A program made the translations under genes and the position numbers. The notes below the pieces were generated by a model. It saw only the letters and a program-made list of their open reading frames with translations. It was not told where the DNA came from and did not search any database. Below, one piece after another: positions 1 through 10,559 of a DNA stretch of 64,000 bases (positions are counted from its first letter, which is position 1; every line of letters starts with the position of its first letter). This stretch comes from Myxococcales bacterium (GTDB lineage: Bacteria > Myxococcota_A > Polyangia > Fen-1088). The stretch lies in NCBI GenBank assembly GCA_003142855.1, contig PLNW01000122.1, positions 6,213-70,212 on the forward strand, written 5' to 3'.

Positions 1-663
1 CACCGCGTCGTGGTGGGGGTAGCCAATTTCTTGCCCGCGCTGCTGGCCCTGGTGCTGGCGGTCTTGCTGTCGTCGCTGGTGGGCTGGCTGCTGGGCGCCC
101 TGGTGGGCGTGATCCTGCGCGCGCTTGACTGCGACAAGCGCCTGCAGAAATGGGGCTTCGTGGTTCTGGCCGAATGGTCACCCAAGAACAGCCCCACCCT
201 GCTCTTGCGCAAGACCGTCACCTGGACCGTGGTGGTGTTGGGCTGGTTGGTCGGGCTGACCGCCTTCGGCGCCGGGGTCACGCCACAGTTGATCGTCAAC
301 GTGGTGGAGTCCCTGCCCAACCTGGGCACGGCCATTGTGCTGGTGTTGTTGGGCGTGTTGCTGGCGCGCTTTCTCTCGCGCGCGGTGCTCATCAGCGCGG
401 TCAACATGCAGATTCATTCAGCGCGCCTGCTCAGCCTGGCGGTCAAATGGCTGGTGCTGGTCTTTGCCGCGGCCATGGCACTCGACCATCTGCACGTGGG
501 TGGCGAGATCGTGCGTCTGGGCTTTGCCATTCTCTTCGGCGGAATCGTGCTGGCCGTGGCGCTCGCCATCGGGCTAGGCTCCAAGGAAATCGTCAGTCGA
601 TCCTGGGAGCGGCAAGCCCACGGCAAGGACGAGCCGCCCGAGGATGCATTGAAGCACCTGTGA
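1..663 (+). CDS. Multi-TM membrane protein, small mechanosensitive-channel/CmpX-like TM-helix protein (5' end probably outside window)
   Basis: Frame is open from base 1; repeated 'FLPALLA' and 'LPNLGTAIVL' helices; C-terminal 'ALAIGLGSKE' motif. Confidence 0.6.
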   Translation, partial: HRVVVGVANFLPALLALVLAVLLSSLVGWLLGALVGVILRALDCDKRLQKWGFVVLAEWSPKNSPTLLLRKTVTWTVVVLGWLVGLTAFGAGVTPQLIVNVVESLPNLGTAIVLVLLGVLLARFLSRAVLISAVNMQIHSARLLSLAVKWLVLVFAAAMALDHLHVGGEIVRLGFAILFGGIVLAVALAIGLGSKEIVSRSWERQAHGKDEPPEDALKHL

Positions 664-667
664 GCTG

Positions 668-1939
668 TCACACCGACGCGAACAGCCGCGTCCACGCCGC
701 CTGCAGCTCGGGCGCCACCGCGAACAGGCGGGCCTCAATCCGGTTGGCATCACCTTCGGGCTCGCAGGACGCGACCACGGCCCACACGTCGAGGGTTTGT
801 TTGGGCGTTTCCACGTCGATCCGGATCATGCTGTTTTCGCGAATCTTGATCTTGCCGACAAAAGCAATTCCGTCGCGCGACAGGTAGGTGCCCTGGCAGG
901 GCACGTTGCCACTCGAGCGCAGAAGACCCACCTTCAAGTCCACCGCCTTGTGGGGCGGTGCCAGCGCGCTCGGCGGCCGCGCCACTTGGTTGGGAACCGG
1001 CGTGGCTTCAACTTCGGGGACTGCGGTCGTCTCGTCGATGGCGCTGACCGATGCGGCGACGGTGGACAGAATGGTCACCATGTACTCGGCCTCGTCAATC
1101 CGCAGAGGCGCCGCCTTCATCAGGTCGCTGGTGTTGGGATGGGGCTCCTTCTCCAGGGCTTCCACCAGCTTGTCGGAGGCTGCCACGATGTCCACCATCG
1201 CGCGATAGGCGCCCGCTCGCTGGGGTGCGTGATGGTTGGTGATCACCGACGAGAGCAAGGGCGAGAGGTTCCAGCGCTGAGCAGTGAGGATGCCGAGTTT
1301 GAGGTGCACCTGTTCTGCAGCTTCAGCCCAGGCCGCTTCAGTCAAGACCCGCGTGTCGTGCGTGCGCGCGAGGACGTCTTCAAACCCGCACACGGCCACC
1401 ACCCGTCCAAAGTCGTGCAACAGCCCACACACATAGGCCTCCTCAGCGTCGGTCTGGCGCCAGTAGGCCAGGGCTCGACAGCACAACGCCGACACCAGCG
1501 CCTGGCGCCACACCCGGAAGCGGACCGCGGCCAGCGGCCCATTCTCGACGGCGAAACCGCCCACACTCAGGGCCATGGCAATGCGCGCCACCTCGGTGGC
1601 GCCGATGCGCATGATGGCCGCGCCCAGGGTGGTGGTGGGAGTGACCCGGCGGTAGACCGCGGAATTGGCGTAACGGAGCAGGGTCGCGGCCAAGCTCTGA
1701 TCCTCACCTGCAATCCGCTCCAGCTCACCAATTCCAAACTCGCCCCGGGCAATCACCCGGCGCAGGCGCACCGCAATCGCCGGATAGGGCGGAATGCGCA
1801 GAGCGTTCCGATTCATCAGATCAATGACGCGGGGAATCAGATCAGCAGCGTCGGCCACGGGACGAGAGTTTACCTGCGCTGGGGCCGGTCTCAAAGCAGC
1901 CTGCGCAGACGAAAGGTCGAGCAGCTCGCGGGATGTCAC
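668..1939 (-). CDS. HDOD domain protein with C-terminal PilZ-like domain
   Basis: IPPYP..DQSLAATLLRYANSA..CGLLHDFG..NHH; C-terminal 'YLSRDG' beta-rich region; GTG start overlaps the upstream stop (GTGA). Confidence 0.8.
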   Translation of the reverse strand: MTSRELLDLSSAQAALRPAPAQVNSRPVADAADLIPRVIDLMNRNALRIPPYPAIAVRLRRVIARGEFGIGELERIAGEDQSLAATLLRYANSAVYRRVTPTTTLGAAIMRIGATEVARIAMALSVGGFAVENGPLAAVRFRVWRQALVSALCCRALAYWRQTDAEEAYVCGLLHDFGRVVAVCGFEDVLARTHDTRVLTEAAWAEAAEQVHLKLGILTAQRWNLSPLLSSVITNHHAPQRAGAYRAMVDIVAASDKLVEALEKEPHPNTSDLMKAAPLRIDEAEYMVTILSTVAASVSAIDETTAVPEVEATPVPNQVARPPSALAPPHKAVDLKVGLLRSSGNVPCQGTYLSRDGIAFVGKIKIRENSMIRIDVETPKQTLDVWAVVASCEPEGDANRIEARLFAVAPELQAAWTRLFASV

Positions 1940-2907
1940 CGCATGGACCTCTGGGCTTTGGGGCGACTTTTCGATGCCACCGCCGCCATGACTGCCCCGC
2001 GCTCGAGAGTGGAAAGCAGTTTCCCGGCCTCTTTTCTCAGTTTCTCCATGCGCGCGCTGTCGAACCCCAAGGCGCTGCGGGCATGGGCCAGGGCATTGTC
2101 GCTGGTCACATCGCAGTTGTGGCCGTCGAGCACGATGCCCAACCCCACATCGCGGGTCAGGTCTTCGGCCAGCGCCACCACCGCAGCGAGCGGGTGCACC
2201 AAGCCATCGATCGCCACATCGTGGTGGTGGCCCAGCACAAGCGTCACGTCGGCAGGCAACCTCCACAGACTAGCCACCGTGGCCGATGCCTCCTGGTGGC
2301 ACTGCTGCAAGGCCATCGCGAGCGTGGCGGGATCGAACCCCGCTTCCGTGTGCTTCTGCTCGCCCAGCACGATGAGTGCCGCCGCTATCCCGATGTCGTG
2401 GAGCAGCCCACACAGGAAGGCATACTCCGAGGCCAGGGGCGTGAAACTGGACACCATGCGGGCCAAGTACGCGCAGGCCGTGCTGTGGCGGCGCACCATC
2501 TCCATCGCGTCGCCGTAGGCGCGCGAGCGGAAGACGCGCGTGCCCAGGGAGACCTCCCAGGCGATCTCCGACAGGTTGCGCAGACCCAGACGCACCACTG
2601 CGTCCTGCAGCGAAGTGATGGTCCCCACGGGCGCAAAGGCCGCCGACTGCGCGATCTTGAGCACGCGCCCGGCCAGCATGGGGTCCTTTCGCATCACCTC
2701 GACTACCTTGGTCGCGTCCACGTCCACCTGCTGGGTCAGCCCATGAACTTCCAGGGCCGCGGCCGGCAGCAACGGCGGCGTGTAGCCAGGCGAGCTGAAA
2801 TGCGCGCGCAAGCGCCCCGCGAACTGATCGGCCGTCTCCACCAGGATTCTATCGTTGGCAATCGCGTGTTGGCCTTTGCCGTAGGTGGAATTGTTGGTGT
2901 AGCCCAT
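1936..2907 (-). CDS. HDOD domain protein
   Basis: PPLLP..DPMLAGRVLKIAQSA..SLQDAVVRLG..CGLLHDIG..HHH. Confidence 0.9.
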   Translation of the reverse strand: MGYTNNSTYGKGQHAIANDRILVETADQFAGRLRAHFSSPGYTPPLLPAAALEVHGLTQQVDVDATKVVEVMRKDPMLAGRVLKIAQSAAFAPVGTITSLQDAVVRLGLRNLSEIAWEVSLGTRVFRSRAYGDAMEMVRRHSTACAYLARMVSSFTPLASEYAFLCGLLHDIGIAAALIVLGEQKHTEAGFDPATLAMALQQCHQEASATVASLWRLPADVTLVLGHHHDVAIDGLVHPLAAVVALAEDLTRDVGLGIVLDGHNCDVTSDNALAHARSALGFDSARMEKLRKEAGKLLSTLERGAVMAAVASKSRPKAQRSMR

Positions 2908-2927
2908 GGTCCGTCTGTCCTTCGCCG

Positions 2928-3866
2928 CTAGCGGAAAAGCATGAGGGCCTCATCGCGAAGCGCGGACGCCTCGGAGACTGTGGCCACGATGTCTTTTTCG
3001 CGAATGCCGCCGCGAATCGCGTCCGGGCCGTCGGCCAGGCGTTTGAGGGCGACACCGTCGGTCGGCTTGTCGCTGGAGACCAGCGTGTCGATCACGTCCG
3101 CGATACGCAAGACGGCCACCAGGACCGCCACCGGGCCGCCTTCCTGATAGGCGCGCGCGGGTTGGTGGTGCCAGGCCACGATCTTGGGCACGGGATAGGG
3201 CAGGCCCCATTTGGCCAGAACATGCCCGCCCAGCACCGCGTGATCGTAGCCCAGGAATTCGCGTTCCTGAAGGTGAAGTTCGTCGGGAACACCAACGGCG
3301 GCCGCCACCAACTCCGCATAGCTGTGGTGGCGGGTCTGCATGATGAGCAGCTTGCCGATGTCGTGCAGCAGGCCCACCAAGAAAGCCATCGCAGGAGCGG
3401 CCCCGTCACTCATGCGGTAGGCGAGTGCGCGCACGATGGCGGCCGTGCCCACACAATGCTCGCGCACCGCCTTGCCCGCACCCTTGAGATCGGCGAACGC
3501 CGTCATGGCCGCCATGCCACTGGCCAGGTCGATGACCGTTCGGGCTCCCATTCTGACAATGGCGTCTTGGATCGAAGCGCAGGGCATCCGCGCATGAAAC
3601 GCAGCCGAATTGGCCACGCGAAGGATGCGGGCAGCCAGGGCGGGATCCTCCTCGATGAGATCGCGCACCTGCTCCACCCTGAAGTCAGGGCGCGCGACGC
3701 AAGCGATTACTTTCTGCACCACCACCGGGAAAGGCCTCAATCCCTCAATCTCGGCCAAGTGAGCGGCCAGGCTGTCCGCCGCCTTGCCGTCGGCGACAGC
3801 CGGATCATCCTCACCGAACCACAGTTCCTCCAGCACCGATGTCGACAACTTCACCATGACAGTCAT
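2928..3866 (-). CDS. HDOD domain protein
   Basis: LRPFP..DPALAARILRVANSA..GLLHDIGK..GYDHAVLG..W.LP..WHH. Confidence 0.9.
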   Translation of the reverse strand: MTVMVKLSTSVLEELWFGEDDPAVADGKAADSLAAHLAEIEGLRPFPVVVQKVIACVARPDFRVEQVRDLIEEDPALAARILRVANSAAFHARMPCASIQDAIVRMGARTVIDLASGMAAMTAFADLKGAGKAVREHCVGTAAIVRALAYRMSDGAAPAMAFLVGLLHDIGKLLIMQTRHHSYAELVAAAVGVPDELHLQEREFLGYDHAVLGGHVLAKWGLPYPVPKIVAWHHQPARAYQEGGPVAVLVAVLRIADVIDTLVSSDKPTDGVALKRLADGPDAIRGGIREKDIVATVSEASALRDEALMLFR

Positions 3867-3872
3867 CTATCT

Positions 3873-5648
<1,776 letters not shown>

Positions 5649-5692
5649 GTCCAGTTGCCTGGGACCGCGGATCGGATCTGCCTTCAGCCAAA

Positions 5693-5720
5693 TTGTCGGC
5701 TCACCACCGTCAATTCCTAA
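5693..5720 (-). promoter_or_regulatory. Putative sigma28 (FliA) promoter of the kinase-HDOD operon
   Basis: TTAGG-N15-GCCGACAA on the minus strand. Confidence 0.55.
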
Positions 5721-5772
5721 GTGCAGGCGTCAAGATCCCGACGGCCACAACCAGGGAAGTTTCTGCATCCAC

Positions 5773-5800
5773 GAAAGCTATTGGCCAAACGAACCGATAC
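5773..5800 (+). promoter_or_regulatory. Putative sigma28 promoter of the Ser/Thr kinase-HDOD gene
   Basis: GAAAG-N15-ACCGATAC, 10 nt before ATG 5811. Confidence 0.55.
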
Positions 5801-5810
5801 CTGTAGCACT

Positions 5811-7811
5811 ATGGCCAGCGCCCACCTGACCGTTGACATGTGCAGCGGGACGGACAGCCCCGTCCCGTCCGCAGCAGCAAGGGCAGCCCCGATGGTGGGC
5901 CAGACTCTGGGATCGTTCCGCATCACCGGGCTGCTGGGCGAGGGTGGCATGGGCCGGGTGTACGGGGCCGAGCATGTGTTGATCGGACGCAAGGCCGCCA
6001 TCAAGGTGCTGGCGCCGGAAGTCGCGTCGAACACCGACGTAGTCACGCGCTTCTTCAACGAGGCCCGCGCCGTCAACGACATTCGCCATCCCAACATTGT
6101 CGAGGTGACGGACCTCGGCCATTTCGGCGCCCAGCCCTACATCGTGATGGAGCTGCTGGAAGGCGAGACGCTGGAAGATCGCCTGGCTCGGGTCTCTGTG
6201 CTCGACCCGGTTTCTGCCATCCAGATCCTGACCCAGGTTGCGTCTGCCGTGGGCGCAGCCCACGAGCACAGCATGGTCCACCGCGATCTAAAGCCGGCCA
6301 ATATCTTCTTGTGCCAGCACCCGGACTATCCCGACTTCGTCAAGGTGTTGGATTTTGGCATCGCCAAGCTGACCGCGACCCGCGAGCAAGGGACGGGACA
6401 GCGAACTGCGTGTGGAGCCATCATCGGAACTCCGGCCTACATGTCGCCTGAGCAGTGCTTGGGCGACGCCAACCTGGACCATCGCAGCGACATCTACGCG
6501 TTGGGCGTGGTGACCTATCAGATGATGACCGGCCGGCGTCCTTTCGATGCCGACACGGCGGGACGTCTCATCATACTGCACGTGCAAGCCACGCCGCCTC
6601 CCCCTTGCTCGGTCAATCCCGCGCTGCCACCGGCCATCGGCGCCGTCATTCTTCGCGCGCTCGAAAAGCAACCTGAGCATCGCTTCGCAAGCATGCGTGA
6701 GTTTCGTGACGCTCTCCTGGCGGCGGTGGCAGGCACCGCGCCGCTCTTGCCAGCCAACAGCAACGCCCGCGCGCCGTCGACGATTGTCCCCTTGTCCACA
6801 GCGGATTCGATGGGGGCGACCTTGCTGTGCGACCTGCCCACGGTGATGGGTACGACTCCGCCGCCGCTCACGCGGGCGCCGGCCACAATCCCCACACCGG
6901 TCATGCCGCGGCCCGCGCCGGTCACGCCCACTCCCACCGCCGAGCGGATCAACAAGCAAGCCCTGGCCCTGCGTCTGGTGGAAATCGTGCGCTCGCGCAT
7001 TCACAGCGGCACCCTGCCGCTGCCCCAGCTTTCCCCCCGCATGCTGCGTTGTTTGAACCTGGCCGCGGTACCCGAGTTCTCGTTTGCTGGCATGGCCGCG
7101 GTGCTGACCGAGGAACCACACCTGGCCACACGCGTGGTCCAGGTGGCCAACAGCACCGGCCCCACGCGCTTGCCTGCGCGCAACGCCGAACAAGCCATCG
7201 GCCGATTGGGCGCCACCGGCGTGCGCACCGCCCTGCTGGAAATCGCCGCGCGCCCGGTGCTGGAATCGCGCGAGCCACGCATCGCTGACATTTTCAAGCA
7301 GCCCTGGCAACACGCCCTGGCCGTCGCCCTGCTGACCCAGAGGCTGATGCAGGCGCGTGGCTGCAACGACGCCGTGGCCGCGGAGGCCTTTCTCGCGGGG
7401 CTGCTCCACGACACCGGCAAGCCTGTGGTGGCTGCGCTCTTGCTCGACGTCGAGCGACAGATGGCCAGCACTAAAGGTCGCCGCCTAATATCCGATGATG
7501 TGATGGTCACGTGCATCGAAGTCACCTCGGCGTCGGCTGGCGCGCGGGTGGCGTGTACCTGGCAACTGTCAGACGCTGCGGCGCGAGCCATCGAAGGCGC
7601 CAGCGGCCAAGCCACACCCGGTTGGTCGCTGAGCCACGCCATCAAGTTGGCCGACGCGCTGGCTTCGCTCGACGGGTTTCACCTGCGGCGCGACGACATG
7701 ACCCGGGCGCCCGAGGTGGTGGAGGAGATCCGACGCGCCACCGCCATCGACGAGCCGACCCTCGCGCAAGTGGTCGCGGGTTTGCGCGACTCCGTCCTGC
7801 GACGCTGCTAG
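5811..7811 (+). CDS. Ser/Thr protein kinase fused to a C-terminal HDOD domain
   Basis: GEGGMG, AIK, HRDLKPAN, DFG, GTPAYMSPE; Pro/Thr linker; then LPLPQL..VANS..AGLLHDTGK; no obvious TM segment; start uncertain (5811/5838/5892). Confidence 0.9.
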   Translation: MASAHLTVDMCSGTDSPVPSAAARAAPMVGQTLGSFRITGLLGEGGMGRVYGAEHVLIGRKAAIKVLAPEVASNTDVVTRFFNEARAVNDIRHPNIVEVTDLGHFGAQPYIVMELLEGETLEDRLARVSVLDPVSAIQILTQVASAVGAAHEHSMVHRDLKPANIFLCQHPDYPDFVKVLDFGIAKLTATREQGTGQRTACGAIIGTPAYMSPEQCLGDANLDHRSDIYALGVVTYQMMTGRRPFDADTAGRLIILHVQATPPPPCSVNPALPPAIGAVILRALEKQPEHRFASMREFRDALLAAVAGTAPLLPANSNARAPSTIVPLSTADSMGATLLCDLPTVMGTTPPPLTRAPATIPTPVMPRPAPVTPTPTAERINKQALALRLVEIVRSRIHSGTLPLPQLSPRMLRCLNLAAVPEFSFAGMAAVLTEEPHLATRVVQVANSTGPTRLPARNAEQAIGRLGATGVRTALLEIAARPVLESREPRIADIFKQPWQHALAVALLTQRLMQARGCNDAVAAEAFLAGLLHDTGKPVVAALLLDVERQMASTKGRRLISDDVMVTCIEVTSASAGARVACTWQLSDAAARAIEGASGQATPGWSLSHAIKLADALASLDGFHLRRDDMTRAPEVVEEIRRATAIDEPTLAQVVAGLRDSVLRRC

Positions 7812-7812
7812 T

Positions 7813-7917
7813 CGGCCTCACGGCCGCAACCAAGGGGTGTGAGGGAGTCATCTCGTTCGCTACCTGCCGCCGAGAACACAGTGGGGAGAGGGGAGGCCAC
7901 AGAGCCGGAGAAGATCA
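7813..7917 (-). repeat. Dispersed repeat family A, inverted copy
   Basis: ctcacggccgcaaccaa..tgtgagggagtcatctcg..gagaacacag..ccacagagccggag closely matches 43239-43340 and is inverted relative to 8153-8300. Confidence 0.85.
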
Positions 7918-8045
7918 CGCTCGCTGTACTACCAAACCCAGGGCTCGCCTGAGTTGACGTTGGCATGCTACAGCGCGATCGCAGGCTCTCAATGTACGAG
8001 CGCGGAAAGCCTTGCAACTGAGGCGATCTCTGGGCTTAGCGTCGG

Positions 8046-8347
8046 GTTTCTTCGCGAGCCGCGAAGATGCTTTCGCAACGCTCGAACATCATTCCCGTTT
8101 TCTCCGACTCTGCGAACTCCCCTCTCACCTCTGTACTACCAGGGTGCCGTTGCTTCGCGGGCCGCGAAGATTTTTCGCAACGCCCGAACATCATTCCGGT
8201 TTCTCCGACTCTGTGAACTCCCCTCTCACCTCTGTGTGCTCAGCGGCCGGCGGCTGACAAGACGAATCACCTCACCCGTTTGGTTGCGGCCGCGAGGCCG
8301 CCCTGTGTTCTCAACGGCGGCTGGCTGTCGAGATGAATCACCTCACA
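8046..8347 (+). repeat. Dispersed repeat family A, tandem full and partial copies
   Basis: Copies at ~8046-8134, ~8153-8300 and partial ~8303-8347 share ttcgcaacgc.cgaacatcattcc..tttctccgactctg.gaactcccctctcacctctgt or ..gaatcacctcac. Confidence 0.85.
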
Positions 8348-8385
8348 TGTCTTCTGTGGTGGAGGAGCTGTCGTACAAAGTAAGT

Positions 8386-8435
8386 GTCGGTTTGCCGACA
8401 CCCCCAAGAACCCAAAGCGCCGTCGGAAAACCGAC
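8386..8435. promoter_or_regulatory. Two palindromic GTCGG-N4-CCGAC boxes (candidate enhancer/UAS)
   Basis: GTCGGTTTGCCGAC at 8386-8399 and GTCGGAAAACCGAC at 8422-8435, 36 bp apart. Confidence 0.6.
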
Positions 8436-8476
8436 GCCCGATCGCAGCAAGCGCCCGCGCCGCTTCATTTTCTACT

Positions 8477-8492
8477 TGGATCGGCCGTTGCA
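8477..8492 (+). promoter_or_regulatory. Putative sigma54 promoter of the FHA-activator operon
   Basis: TGGATCGGCCGTTGCA has the correct -24 GG / -12 TTGC spacing. Confidence 0.6.
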
Positions 8493-8528
8493 TTGTCCGC
8501 CCCCGTTCACCTCAAGGCCTAGGACATC

Positions 8529-9085
8529 ATGCCAGCGTATCTAGCGGAATTCGAAGCAGAGTACCGGCGACTGGGTCCCCAGTCGTTCGTGCGCGCGTAT
8601 CACTGGCCGGTTCTCATCGTGTCCGGCGTGGGCGGTGTGCTTGAGGGGAAGTCGAGCCACAGCGGCACGATGATCGCCATGAACAGCGAGTTGCTGCAGG
8701 CCACGGCCCTGGCCGGGCGCGTTTTCCCGGTGATCAAGGGCCGCAACTCGCTGCCCGGCCCGGTGAGCATCGGCCGCACCTCGGACAACGATCTGGCCAT
8801 CCCCGAGTACACCATCTCGACACGACACTGCATCTTGGCGCTGGTCGACGGCGAGTACCGACTGACCGATTTGGGAGCGACCAACGGTACCTTCGTCAAC
8901 AACCTGCCACTCACTCCGCGCAAGCCCTCCCGCCTGCAAGGGGGTGAGACCCTGCGCTTGGGTCGCTTCACTCTGCTTTTTCATCTGCCCCGTGGGTTCG
9001 GCGAGTTCCTGCGACAGCGGACGCAGACCCAGGATCAAGATCAGGATCAAGACGACTTCGGCAACGCCAACAAGAAGGTCATCTG

Positions 9086-9086
<1 letters not shown>
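8529..9086 (+). CDS. Stand-alone FHA domain protein
   Basis: SIGRTSDND..ISTRHC..DLGATNGTFVN FHA motifs; AGGA RBS. Confidence 0.9.
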
Positions 9087-10294
<1,208 letters not shown>

Positions 10295-10380
10295 CCGCAA
10301 TTTTCCTGTCGCGCCAGATCGGTGACAGCGAAGACCGTTGGTTTGGCCAGCGCAGCGTGCGTCGCGCACCGTCGCGTGCT

Positions 10381-10403
10381 GGGCGACCGCAGGTCGCCCC
10401 TAC
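10381..10403 (-). repeat. GTAG-type REP palindrome
   Basis: Reverse complement reads GTAGGGGCGACCTGCGGTCGCCC; its 20-nt core is identical to 28659-28678. Confidence 0.8.
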
Positions 10404-10427
10404 ACAGGACGTTTTTGCCAGTGACTG

Positions 10428-10498
10428 CGGCTCTGTGCCCTCCCCTCTCCCCTCTGTGTTCTCGGCTGTCGGCGCTTGTCCAGATGAAGTCGCTCACA
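10428..10498 (+). repeat. Dispersed repeat family A, partial copy
   Basis: ctctgtgccctcccctctcccctctgtgttctcggc..agatgaagtcgctcaca. Confidence 0.75.
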
Positions 10499-10528
10499 TA
10501 GTTGCCCCCGCCACGCTTCGCTGATCCT

Positions 10529-10544
10529 CGGCACAGAGCCTGCA
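10529..10544 (+). promoter_or_regulatory. Putative sigma54 promoter
   Basis: CGGCACAGAGCCTGCA. Confidence 0.55.
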
Positions 10545-10559
10545 TTGCTTGTCCACGCA

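Noticed and set aside
8046-8347. Possible CRISPR array
   Set aside because: Units are long, degenerate and irregular, with no constant-length unique spacers and no cas genes
7954-8544. 196-aa ORF with an internal repeat
   Set aside because: It is a translation of repeat family A, with no RBS or protein-like features
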